DNA of 64,000 nucleotides, taken from NCBI GenBank assembly GCA_963718665.1, contig OY970359.1, positions 2,208,001-2,272,000 on the forward strand, written 5' to 3'. This DNA is from an uncultured Phycisphaerales bacterium. GTDB lineage: Bacteria > Planctomycetota > Phycisphaerae > Sedimentisphaerales > Anaerobacaceae. The position numbers and the translations under genes were made by a program. Under the pieces are notes generated by a model. The model ran no database searches. It was not told where the DNA came from and worked only from the letters and a program-made list of their open reading frames with translations. Positions 19,672-29,360 of this stretch are shown one piece after another (the stretch's first letter is position 1; every line of letters starts with the position of its first letter).

Positions 19672-21436
19672 AAGAATCATTCTAATCTCATCATTTCCCA
19701 TTTGCGTCGTTCTTGTGATTATTGCCCTTATTTTGGCAGGCGTCGGACACGGACAACCGGCAAGTACCCCTGCAAACATTGAACAGGCAAAATCACAGAC
19801 TATCTCATCGGTTAATTTGGGCAAATTAGATGACGCTAATACAGCGATTGATAAGCTTATCGCCGGCTATGCCAATAATGCGAATTCGGCCTCGACCCTT
19901 GCGGATGCCGCAAACCAGTGCGCCTGGGACAGAAATTACGATGGCGCCAATAGGTTATACCGTGCAGTTGTTGATAAAGAGCCGAATAATCCAATGTCGG
20001 TTAAGGCCCGTTTAGGTTTGGCCCGGCTGAATGCCCTTACGCTTATTGAAGAAAAGAACTATCCTCCTGCTCAGCAGCAGGCCGATTCTATGGCCGTTGA
20101 TTTCAACAGCGAATCGGACCTCCCGGTGGCATTATTTCATATCGGCAAGGAATTTACCTGGCAGCACAGATATAGCGAGGCAAAAGACGCTCTTGCCCAC
20201 ATAGATAATAACTCCCTGTCTGATTCATTTTCAAAAGAGGTTCAATTGTGGACGGCAAGGGCGAATGTCTGCTCGCTTATCAACAAGACAACCGATACAG
20301 AGGTCGTTGCCGCAATAGATAAGCTGATGACTGATTTTGCGGGCGATTCGGGCTTGGCGGAGGCGGTTTACTGGATAAGCAAGGAATATGAGTGGAAAAA
20401 AGGCACATCGATTAACAGGGCGGGCTGGTACGACACGCCCAACAGCGTATATCAGAAAATAATGCAGGAGTTCAGCGATACGCCTTATGGTCAGGAGGCG
20501 GAATGGGACCAGAAGCGATTGGCATACCGGATGAAAATCTTCAAATTGATACAGGAGCCGAATCAGGCCGCAACGGATGCCGCGATTGAAACTATGATAA
20601 CTGACCTTAAAGGCAGACCTGAGCTTGCGGGTGAACTTTACTGGATTGCCTGCGGCTACGAAGAGCGGCCGGATAAAGGTTCACAGGCAGAGCAGATGTA
20701 CGCCCGGATAGTAAATGATTGCCCGGGAACGGACGAGGCGGACAGGGCCGTTCTCGATGTCCGGCGAAGGATTTTTAGCGACGTTCTCGATTCAGGCGAC
20801 GTAAATTCGGCTTATACACTGCTGGACAATTTTATCGCTGACTTCAAACAGAATCTCTACGCCGGCGACTGCCTGGGCCGGGTTACTATGGGTTGTTATA
20901 AGAAGGCAGAGGAGCTTAGGGACCAGAATCAGCCGGATAAGGCAATGCTGTATCACCAGGTATGCGCGAATGTATGGGAGCGGATACAAAACAACAGTCT
21001 GCCGATTACCAGCGACCTCGTGTATTTGTACTTCTACGTTGCCATTAATTATCACGAAATGCACAGGTGGACGGATGCTATCAATAATTATCAAAAAGTC
21101 CTCGACAACTGGCCTGATTTTGAACACGCCTGCGGGATACAGGCGGCAATCGGCGGCTGTTACGAAAAGCTTAGAGATAAGGAAGGAGTTCCGAAAGAAG
21201 GGGTAAATCCTTTAATAGAGGATGCCTACATAGCAATTTTGACTAATTACCCCAACTGTTATGCAATTAAAAATGCGGCATATAAACTTGCCGGGATCAT
21301 GCTGGAAAAAGGTGATAAGGCCTCTGCTGCGAAGTATTATAAGAAGTTCCTTGAAACAGCCAGACCTAATGATGACCGTCTTGCACCTGTTAAAGCCAAA
21401 CTTGCCGAATTGACCGCCGAAGGAGGGAACAACTAA
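19664..21436 (+). CDS. Exported tetratricopeptide-repeat protein
   Basis: N-terminal hydrophobic segment; repeated A..A+DKL+.DF....L..A+Y.I helical units; YQKVLDNWP; GGAGG RBS. Confidence 0.85.
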   Translation: MAKRIILISSFPICVVLVIIALILAGVGHGQPASTPANIEQAKSQTISSVNLGKLDDANTAIDKLIAGYANNANSASTLADAANQCAWDRNYDGANRLYRAVVDKEPNNPMSVKARLGLARLNALTLIEEKNYPPAQQQADSMAVDFNSESDLPVALFHIGKEFTWQHRYSEAKDALAHIDNNSLSDSFSKEVQLWTARANVCSLINKTTDTEVVAAIDKLMTDFAGDSGLAEAVYWISKEYEWKKGTSINRAGWYDTPNSVYQKIMQEFSDTPYGQEAEWDQKRLAYRMKIFKLIQEPNQAATDAAIETMITDLKGRPELAGELYWIACGYEERPDKGSQAEQMYARIVNDCPGTDEADRAVLDVRRRIFSDVLDSGDVNSAYTLLDNFIADFKQNLYAGDCLGRVTMGCYKKAEELRDQNQPDKAMLYHQVCANVWERIQNNSLPITSDLVYLYFYVAINYHEMHRWTDAINNYQKVLDNWPDFEHACGIQAAIGGCYEKLRDKEGVPKEGVNPLIEDAYIAILTNYPNCYAIKNAAYKLAGIMLEKGDKASAAKYYKKFLETARPNDDRLAPVKAKLAELTAEGGNN

Positions 21437-22398
21437 TGATAATGCTGCTTACAAAAAAGACCTTATGGACGTATATTATTACAAGCATGGTTTTATTTAT
21501 AACAATACTTGTTAATGATGCCTTCGGTGTTGGTGGTGGTGGTGGCCATCCGCCTTGCCCGGTATGCTATAGCTGGGGTTATGATGATGTCTTGGATGAG
21601 TGGGGATGTTATATTTGGACCTGCGGTAATCAACAGTGTTGCAACGGAACATGTTTTGACCCTAGTACCACGGGATGCTGTAACGGCGTAACCTATGACC
21701 TTAGTTCCCAGGCATGTTGCGGCGGGGCGATTCAGACTAAAGGCGGCTGTATGGGTTGCGTAAATGATAACTGGGTGTATACCTGTGGCGCATGCCAAAC
21801 CTGCGTAGATGGTAACTGCAAATCTTGCAATGAAGCAGATCCGAATAAAGATTGCTGTAACGGCGCATGCTATGACCCCGCAACCCAGGGATGCTGTAAC
21901 GGTGAAATCTATGACAAAAGTACTCAGCAGTGCTGTTACGATACTCCAGATGGCTCTGGCTATATATGTGATAATATCATAATCAACGGAACCTGCTGCG
22001 CGGGAACGTGCTGCCCCCCAGACCAATGTTGCGATAGACCTGCAGTCGGCCCCCCTGGCTGCACACAAAGGTGCACTAATAGTGGACAGTGCGATTACGG
22101 AACACTACCGGAAAATCCGGGCTTTAGTTGTGGGAACGAGGACCCCAAAAGCGGTGGACTTTGCGCAAAGGGCGTAGCGGGAGCTGTTTGTGCTTACAAT
22201 TCATTTATAGCAACTAACTGCGATGCACAGTGTGCCAGTTGTTCGCCGGGATGTCCTTCAAACTATGTCTGTGCCTGTAGAGTAACAACTCCATTTTATT
22301 GCACACAACATTGTTATATTCTTGTATGCCAATGCACGTGCGATCCATGTGAAGGAGATATACAGAGAATAGGTCTCCATTATGAGTGTGCACCATAA
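21436..22398 (+). CDS. Secreted cysteine-rich protein with di-cysteine repeats
   Basis: Signal peptide, poly-Gly linker, 51 Cys counted in 320 aa including 9 CC pairs. Start overlaps upstream stop (TAATG). Confidence 0.85.
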   Translation: MIMLLTKKTLWTYIITSMVLFITILVNDAFGVGGGGGHPPCPVCYSWGYDDVLDEWGCYIWTCGNQQCCNGTCFDPSTTGCCNGVTYDLSSQACCGGAIQTKGGCMGCVNDNWVYTCGACQTCVDGNCKSCNEADPNKDCCNGACYDPATQGCCNGEIYDKSTQQCCYDTPDGSGYICDNIIINGTCCAGTCCPPDQCCDRPAVGPPGCTQRCTNSGQCDYGTLPENPGFSCGNEDPKSGGLCAKGVAGAVCAYNSFIATNCDAQCASCSPGCPSNYVCACRVTTPFYCTQHCYILVCQCTCDPCEGDIQRIGLHYECAP

Positions 22399-22454
22399 AG
22401 TTCACCTTTTTTTGGCAGAAAAATGAAAATTTTAATTTAAGGAGCGTATGAATT

Positions 22455-23549
22455 ATGAATAATCTAAGGTTTTGGTTTTTTCTTTTGACTTTTCTATACC
22501 TAATCAGAATGGTTAGTGCCGAAGAAACAGCTTCTGAATTATCGATAGAGGAGTTGAAGTTTGTGGCGCAATCGATGAAAGCAGAGGAGAATTCTCTACT
22601 CAATGTTCGTATCGATTCAAACGCATGGGTGGAACAAGGACCGACCTCGTCAGGACCTTGGGAACAAACACCTCTCTGTTTCTCAACAACCGCATTCTTT
22701 GGAGATATCTCAAGTGGGAAAGCAAGGATTGATTTCCATAAAGAAATTGCGCAATGGGAGAACGGTGCTGCACCATACATCGAGGAAAGATACTCCGTTA
22801 GTTATGATGGTGTCCAGGCCAGACGTAAAGAAATTTCAACCTCTTACGATGGGAATACTTTTGAGAGAAATAGCGGGGAGATTTCATTGGAAGCACCGGT
22901 ACAATTAATAGGTTGTGGTCGTATAACGGGCATAGAAGCTTCTTTATTTTTTTATTACCGCAATATGCCTGCGCCATTTCCAAAAAGATTTTCATCTAAT
23001 TTTGATGCCGCTGCCGATCCAAATTCTTTTATGTCTGCTCTTGCTGCCTCCAACCCTAAATATTTAAACGTTGAGCCCCTCAAGCATGAAATAGTTTTTG
23101 AGAAATTTGGAGATATCCAGTGTATCAAGGCAACTTGTATGGGAAATGGATTAACACAAAGATGGTGGCTTGACCCAAATCGAGGTTTCGCCTTGTTGAA
23201 GTTTGAAGATTTGCGGATGGGCAAGGATGGAAATGAGCAGATATCTTCTTCGATAAATGTGACAAAACTCAAAGAAGTGGCTAAAGATATATGGTGGCCA
23301 ATGGAGGCCTATTTTATAGATCCCTCTCACAATACAGATAAACCTTGGAAACGTATCGTCTATCAAGCTTCAGATGTCATTGTAAATGACCCAAATTTTG
23401 ATAGCAAGGTTTTCGCTCTTACTTTCCCCAAGGGTTACAGGGTCGACGACAAAGTAGCAGAAAAGACCTATGTAGTTGATGCAAATCTTGCGATGATCGC
23501 AGAGCCAAACTATAAACCAAAGTTCAAAACAATCCGCATAGGTGAGTGA
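22455..23549 (+). CDS. Exported hypothetical protein, LolA/MucB-like pattern
   Basis: Signal peptide; SYDG, WWLDPNRGF, IWWP, F.LTFPKGYRV.D motifs. AAGGAG RBS; AT-richer. Confidence 0.7.
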   Translation: MNNLRFWFFLLTFLYLIRMVSAEETASELSIEELKFVAQSMKAEENSLLNVRIDSNAWVEQGPTSSGPWEQTPLCFSTTAFFGDISSGKARIDFHKEIAQWENGAAPYIEERYSVSYDGVQARRKEISTSYDGNTFERNSGEISLEAPVQLIGCGRITGIEASLFFYYRNMPAPFPKRFSSNFDAAADPNSFMSALAASNPKYLNVEPLKHEIVFEKFGDIQCIKATCMGNGLTQRWWLDPNRGFALLKFEDLRMGKDGNEQISSSINVTKLKEVAKDIWWPMEAYFIDPSHNTDKPWKRIVYQASDVIVNDPNFDSKVFALTFPKGYRVDDKVAEKTYVVDANLAMIAEPNYKPKFKTIRIGE

Positions 23550-23782
23550 CACACAAAAATGACGGCGGATAAAATAACTTAACTCCAACTGGCCGGATTT
23601 GAACCCGCCTCCGGTGTACGGGGGGATATTTCTGCAATTATTTAAGAGTTGCGTTCTTTTTTGCGACGGTTCCGGTTTGTCTGTCGATTTTAAGCCCCTA
23701 ATTTTCCCCGGGGGGTAAACGATATTTTTCCGGTGTTCGAAAAAAAGCCCCAAAGTCATACCAAAAGAGCAGCACAAAATAG

Positions 23783-23811
23783 TTGACAAGGGACGGCGGC
23801 GGTGATAGTTT
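23783..23811 (+). promoter_or_regulatory. Sigma70-type promoter
   Basis: TTGACA-17 nt-TAGTTT. Confidence 0.55.
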
Positions 23812-23905
23812 TGTAAACGGTAAAAATTTGTGGCCCCATTCTGTGAAGGATTATGTGGGGTGGTTGGCGTTTATGGAGAAAAACCTTTTGTTAGGAGGTC
23901 GAAGA

Positions 23906-25168
23906 ATGGAATCTTATTTGAGATTTTCAATTATTGTTCTTGTGGCAGCGATTTGTCTGCCTGCTATTGCGGCACAGCCGGGTAATACCGCCCAAGTTGG
24001 TGTGGCTCCGGCGGCAGAAGCCAATGCCCTGAATCTGCCTGCGTTTCCGTTCCTGGCGGGGATAACGAGCGACGACGTGTATATTCGGTCAGGCCCGGGC
24101 ACCCAGTATTATAATTGCGGCAAGGTCAGGAAAGACGACAAGGTCAAGGTCGTCGGCAACAAGTTCAGCTGGCTTCAAATAGTTCCGCCGGCGGGCAGTT
24201 ATTCCTGGATTTCAAAGCAATACGTCCAGATTGACCCGCAGAATAATACGAGCGGAACGGTGATTGGGGAAGCGGTTCGCGTTTACGCCGGGTCGGACGA
24301 GGTTCAGCCGATGCACTCTACGTCTATGCAGGTTAAGCTCAACAAGGGCGATAAAATAACCATAGTAGGCGAGGAAAAAGACGGTTACTGCAAGATAGCC
24401 CCTCCTGAGGGAGCATATTTGTGGGTTAGCAGCCAGAATGCCAAACCTCTTGGAACGCTGATGGCTCCGACTCCTGCAGCGACGACGACCTCGGCGGCAA
24501 TGCCGACCACGGCGCATCCTATGCCGGCGTCGCCTTTCCCGACGAATCCGGGAGAATTAAAAGCGCCGGTTTCTTCACCAAATGAGCCGAATACGCCTTC
24601 GCCGACTCCTGTTGTTACAATAGAAGAGCAGAGAATGGGTGAGGTGCAGGCCCTCAAGGAAAAAGTTGAAGCAGAGCGTGCAAAACCGGCAGCAGACCAG
24701 AACTTCGCTGAGCTGAAGAAGGCGATTGCCGTTATTGCAGACGACAAGCAAAGCCCCAGGGCGGCACGCAGCGCGGCTGGATTATTGAAGACGATTGAGA
24801 AGTGCGAACTTTCGCTGGAGGTCGCCAATGCGATAAAGGTTCAGGAAGACCAGTTCACCAAGACCCAGCAAAAAATAGAAGGCGCAAAGAACGAAGGGCT
24901 TTCGAAGATTGAGGACAAGGGCATCTTCGCGGCTATAGGCACGCTTAAGGAATCGCCCCTGTTTGCAGAGACGCCCGGCGCGAAGTATTACAAAGTTATT
25001 GACGGGAATGGCAAGACGTTGTGTTATGCCAGACCTGCCGGCTCGGCTGCGGATACGGATTTGAGCAAATTTATCGATAAAAAAGTCGGGCTTGTCGGGA
25101 CAATTGAAGCGAATGCCGACCTCGGCGAAGCGGTAGTTCTCTTCACGAATATACTGGAAATCCAGTAA
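23906..25168 (+). CDS. Exported protein with two SH3b-like domains, Pro/Thr linker and coiled coil
   Basis: VYIRSGPGTQYY...WLQI...WISKQYV, then a second similar repeat. AGGAGG RBS. Confidence 0.82.
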   Translation: MESYLRFSIIVLVAAICLPAIAAQPGNTAQVGVAPAAEANALNLPAFPFLAGITSDDVYIRSGPGTQYYNCGKVRKDDKVKVVGNKFSWLQIVPPAGSYSWISKQYVQIDPQNNTSGTVIGEAVRVYAGSDEVQPMHSTSMQVKLNKGDKITIVGEEKDGYCKIAPPEGAYLWVSSQNAKPLGTLMAPTPAATTTSAAMPTTAHPMPASPFPTNPGELKAPVSSPNEPNTPSPTPVVTIEEQRMGEVQALKEKVEAERAKPAADQNFAELKKAIAVIADDKQSPRAARSAAGLLKTIEKCELSLEVANAIKVQEDQFTKTQQKIEGAKNEGLSKIEDKGIFAAIGTLKESPLFAETPGAKYYKVIDGNGKTLCYARPAGSAADTDLSKFIDKKVGLVGTIEANADLGEAVVLFTNILEIQ

Positions 25169-25505
25169 AAAGCCGGAATAAAAAAGGGAGACACGGCGAT
25201 TTATAATCGTTTTTGTCACCCGTCTCCCTGCTGCATCGTGTCTGTTTTTCCCGTTTTAACGGGGTCGGCGGATAACGCCTGTTTGCACGTGCAACAAAAT
25301 TATAGTAGCAAAAATGCCCTGCCAAGTCAAGCAAAACCTGCGTCAAAAGGTGTTGTTTTTGCGGAGGAGAAGGTTTTAGAGGGGGAAATAATATCTAAAA
25401 GAAGCGAATTAATGCCGGGCTGTTTTTGGTTGTAAAAAACAAGACCATTCTTTATACTTGTGCAACTTTGAAAAAACCGTTGGTTAGCATTTTCGGAGCA
25501 ACAAA

Positions 25506-27785
25506 ATGACTTTGATGGTATGGTTTCGCAAGCACAACCGCAAAATAATGGCCTTTGTAGTCATTGCGCTGATGATTGTTTTTACAATTGAGCCGCTGAT
25601 GAATTACTTCAGCTCGGCAACGACGGGCCAGGGAAAGGTAATCGCCTATTACGGCAACGGCAAGAAGATAACCAGGCAGGACGTGGCTTTGGCTAATCAG
25701 CAGATAGAGGCGTTAAAGGCACTGGGCCTGGAATCGGTGCTTAGGCCTGTGGATCCGCGTCAAATGTCTTCGCAGGATATGAGGTCAATTTTACTTGGGG
25801 AATTGATTTTCCCTGAGCGTTCCGCCGCCGTCGAATCAATCGGCCGGATAAAGCAAATTGCCACTCTGGACGACTACGGAGTGTCGGATAATCAGATAAA
25901 TGAAATCTACACCAAGCAATATCCTCCCAGCATATACTGGGTTTTACTGACAAAGGAAGCCGAGGAGGCCGGGATAAAGACATCAACTGAGCGAGCGAAA
26001 GAGCAGCTCGAAGTGGTTATACCGCGGATATTCCAGGGAAGGAGCTATGGCCAGATTATCAGCGCGATAGAAAAACAATACCGGCTTTCCGAAGAGCAGG
26101 TACTCGAGGCGTTTGCTGATATGAGTTCGATTGTCAATTACTGTGGTGTGGTATGCTTGATGGAGAGTACAACCATACCGCAGATTCTCCACCAGACAAA
26201 CCTTCACCGGGAAACGCTCGACGTCAATTACGTTGTGTTTGAGGCAGGCACGTTCAAGGATGAGTCGTTCAAGCCGGAAGCGAATAAGGTTGCGGAACAG
26301 TTCGCCAAATATAAAGGGTATTTCGCAGGCGAGCCGGACAAGGATAATCCGTACGGTTTTGGCTATAAGCTTCCCGAGCGGGTTTGTCTTGAGTATATAG
26401 CCGTTCGGCTGGATGATATTGCCGCGACAATCAAGCCATTGACGCAGCAGGAAACTGAAGATTATTACCAGCAGCATTCATCACAGCCGCCTATTGCATA
26501 CAGGGATTATTCGGATCCGAACGACCCCAATTCCGGCGTAGTGGTGAAAACCCACAGCTATGTGGAAGTGGCGTCGCAGATATCGAAACGGCTTTACCAG
26601 GAGAGGGTTGATTCAAAAGCTGAAAAGATATTAGCCGACGCCAAGTCGCTTACTGAAATCAATTTGTCCGGGATGGATGCTGAACAGGGGAAGCTGACAG
26701 ACGAGCAGTTCAAGAAGGCGGCTGTTGATTATACGAAAGTGGCGGCGGAATTGACTGAAAAACACAAAGTCCGGGTTTACGCCGGCAGGACGGGCTTTTT
26801 GAGCGTGTCTGATATTCAGAGCGACAAGAATTTCAGCTCGCTTTACGCTGGCGGCGCCGGCGTGGCGGAGGCCTCACTTGTGCGAGTGCTGTTCGCGATA
26901 GACCAGTTGAAGGTCAGCGAGCTTGGCCCGATGGATATTAAGGCGCCGCGACTTTATGAAAATATTGGCCCGTTGAAGGACGCACAGGAGATGAGCACGG
27001 AGGGCTACAAAGGCAAAAATATGATGCTGGTGCGGGTTGTCGCGGCTGAAAAGGCCGCCGAGCCGAAAAGTATAGATGAAAGGATTGACAGACACGGCAT
27101 ACAATTTGAACAGGATGGCTCGGCACGTGCGGATTCGAACACTATAAGAGAAATTATAACCAATGACCTTAAACTGCTTGCGGCGATGGATAAGACCAAA
27201 ACCAGGGCGCAAGAGTTTGTTACATTGACGACAACGGCCGGGTGGAAGGTAGCAGTCCAACGGTTTAATACGCTTTACGGCAAAAACGCGGGCGATTCCA
27301 ATACGACACCAGTTAAAGACCGGCCTTTCGTATTGAACAAACGAAGCGGGCTTCACAGGATAGATACACAGGAGATTGAAAAGGTAAAGGCCCGTGCGCA
27401 GGGCAATCCGCTGGCCAGAATGATTCTCGACAGGACAATACGGGAAGGGTCGCTTATGGACAAGGTATTCGCCCTTATACCCCAGGATAGTAATACGCTG
27501 GCCAAACAGGGGGAAATAATGGAGTTCAAACCGGGAATGTGCTATTACTGCATCGAGAGCGCGACTATTCACCGGCTTTATCAGGAGGTATTTGATGTTA
27601 CCAAGGCGTCGGAGGTTGTCAGGGACGAATACGCTGATTCTCAGGCGTTGGCTGTATCGCATTACAGCCCCAAAAACATAGTCAATCGTATGAAGTATGT
27701 TCAAATAAAAGAGCAGCAGGATGTGAATACGCCGAAGGCCGAGCCGAATGCGGTTCCTGCTGATATTAATCGAGCGGGTAAATAA
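25506..27785 (+). CDS. SurA-N/PpiD-like membrane-anchored periplasmic chaperone
   Basis: MVWFRKH-TM N-terminus and YKLPERV.LEY...YYQQH pattern as in PpiD-like proteins. Confidence 0.6.
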   Translation: MTLMVWFRKHNRKIMAFVVIALMIVFTIEPLMNYFSSATTGQGKVIAYYGNGKKITRQDVALANQQIEALKALGLESVLRPVDPRQMSSQDMRSILLGELIFPERSAAVESIGRIKQIATLDDYGVSDNQINEIYTKQYPPSIYWVLLTKEAEEAGIKTSTERAKEQLEVVIPRIFQGRSYGQIISAIEKQYRLSEEQVLEAFADMSSIVNYCGVVCLMESTTIPQILHQTNLHRETLDVNYVVFEAGTFKDESFKPEANKVAEQFAKYKGYFAGEPDKDNPYGFGYKLPERVCLEYIAVRLDDIAATIKPLTQQETEDYYQQHSSQPPIAYRDYSDPNDPNSGVVVKTHSYVEVASQISKRLYQERVDSKAEKILADAKSLTEINLSGMDAEQGKLTDEQFKKAAVDYTKVAAELTEKHKVRVYAGRTGFLSVSDIQSDKNFSSLYAGGAGVAEASLVRVLFAIDQLKVSELGPMDIKAPRLYENIGPLKDAQEMSTEGYKGKNMMLVRVVAAEKAAEPKSIDERIDRHGIQFEQDGSARADSNTIREIITNDLKLLAAMDKTKTRAQEFVTLTTTAGWKVAVQRFNTLYGKNAGDSNTTPVKDRPFVLNKRSGLHRIDTQEIEKVKARAQGNPLARMILDRTIREGSLMDKVFALIPQDSNTLAKQGEIMEFKPGMCYYCIESATIHRLYQEVFDVTKASEVVRDEYADSQALAVSHYSPKNIVNRMKYVQIKEQQDVNTPKAEPNAVPADINRAGK

Positions 27786-27787
27786 CG

Positions 27788-28192
27788 GTGTCGTACCATA
27801 AAACAGAGGGAAATCCTTGGCCGCTGATGTTTCTGGTGGCGCTGGCGGGATGGTTTTTGCCGGGCGGCGGATACCTCGTGCTTAAAGAGACGAGCCGCGC
27901 ACTGATAATATTTGTAACGATAGTCGCAATTTTTGCGGCAGGTCTTTATATCGGCTCGATAGGCGTAGTTGACCCATTCGGAGCCAGGTTGTGGTATATA
28001 GTGCAGATGGCCAATTCACCGCTGGTGGCGATTATCGGGTCTTATACCAGGGGCGGCGGCTTCCCAGTTTTTGGCAGGCCTAATGAAATGGGCCAGATAT
28101 ATACCAGCACTTCAGGCCTGCTTAACCTGCTCTGTATAGTCAACGCGGTATATATGGCATATCTCCGCAAGACGCAGGATGAGGAGCAATAA
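27788..28192 (+). CDS. DUF6677-like membrane protein
   Basis: AGWFLPGGGY...EMGQIYTSTSGLLNLLCIVNA; GTG start. Confidence 0.65.
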   Translation: MSYHKTEGNPWPLMFLVALAGWFLPGGGYLVLKETSRALIIFVTIVAIFAAGLYIGSIGVVDPFGARLWYIVQMANSPLVAIIGSYTRGGGFPVFGRPNEMGQIYTSTSGLLNLLCIVNAVYMAYLRKTQDEEQ

Positions 28193-28194
28193 AT

Positions 28195-28446
28195 ATGCTG
28201 GCTCTTGCGGCTGATATTATGGCGCAGTTCAGGGTCCCCGAGGAGATTGGGACTAATCCGCGGTCATTGTTGCTGGTGTTGCCCCTCTTGGCGGCAATAG
28301 CGGTGGTATATAAGGCAACAAAGGTGCCAAAAGTTACAGTGGGCAACTTTCTTAAAGAAACCATACTGTTGTTCGGCTCGATATTTGTCTTTATGGTGGT
28401 AACGGCGCTGGTGTTGGCGGCTGTCGCCTGGCTGATTATTGGGTAA
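28195..28446 (+). CDS. Small two-TM hypothetical protein
   Basis: LPLLAAIAVVYKATK motif; GAGGAG RBS. Confidence 0.75.
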   Translation: MLALAADIMAQFRVPEEIGTNPRSLLLVLPLLAAIAVVYKATKVPKVTVGNFLKETILLFGSIFVFMVVTALVLAAVAWLIIG

Positions 28447-28459
28447 TATAAACACAGTT

Positions 28460-29175
28460 TTATTCCGGTTGCGGTTCTTCGCAGTAATCCTTGATTACCC
28501 CCAGCTCGATCAGGGCATTGAGAGCGGCTTTCTGCTCGGCCTCTTTTTTGTTGTTGCCCCGGCGCTGGGAAAATGCCTCTGGTTAATCACAACCTGGATT
28601 TCGAAGCATTTATTATGGTCAGGCCCTTTTTCGTCCAAAAGCTCATAGGCGGGTGTCGTATTGAAGTGCTGCTGAGCAAATTGCTGTAAAATGGATTTGA
28701 AATTGCCCTGTGCCTGTTCAACACTGGCTTTTTGAATGATGTAGTCGAAGTTTTTAAGGATGAAAGTTTCTGCCGGCTCGAAGCCGCCGTCGAGATAAAT
28801 AGCCGCTATAAGGGCTTCGAGAAGGCCCGCGGCAAGCGAATGTGTGAGCGATTGGCTGCCCGCCATACCTTTCCCGACCTTGAGGAATTTGTGCAGGTTT
28901 AGATTCCGGGCGACTTGGGCGCAAGTCCCTCGCGAGACGAGCATGCTTTTCATTTTCGTCAGGTCGCCTTCAAGGTTGTCGGGGGAGCGTTCGAAAATGG
29001 TTTTACAGATTACCAGGGCAAGAACGGAATCGCCGAGGAATTCGAGACGCTCGTTGCTTAGCGTCCGTTTATCGACCGCTGAGGCGTGCATAAAGGCCTC
29101 CGCCAGAAGTTTGCGGCTGGAAAATCGGTAGCCGATAACCTGCTCGATTTGGTCCAGAATTTCCTGTTCCATCAA
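28460..29175 (-). CDS. rnc: Ribonuclease III with a 1-nt frameshift near the C-terminus
   Basis: NERLEFLGDSVL, EALIAAIYLDGG, KSILQQ, GPDHNKCF. The conserved GNNKKEAEQKAA helix continues in another frame after 28560, to TAA at 28460. Confidence 0.93.
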
Positions 29176-29266
29176 ATTGCCTTGTTTTAGAGTATCATCC
29201 CGAGCAGATTACGAACGCCGCTGGTGTAGGCGACCTTTGTAGCCGGCTCAATGATGTTATACAAAT

Positions 29267-29295
29267 ATATTACACAAAATATTTTCCTTTGTCAA
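29267..29295 (-). promoter_or_regulatory. Sigma70-type promoter for rnc
   Basis: Minus strand TTGACA-17 nt-TAATAT. Confidence 0.65.
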
Positions 29296-29360
29296 GTATT
29301 TTATCCTCAAGATTGTTGCCCGGGGGATTGCGAAATAATTTTCGGATTGTATGAATCCCG

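Noticed and set aside
23582..23612. tRNA or att-site remnant on the minus strand (GCGGGTTCAAATCCGGCCAGTTGGAG)
   Set aside because: Only a T-loop-like motif with an imperfect stem; no D-arm, anticodon arm or second copy.
26874..27704. 276-aa minus-strand ORF
   Set aside because: Antisense to the 759-aa PpiD-like gene, with no domain signal.
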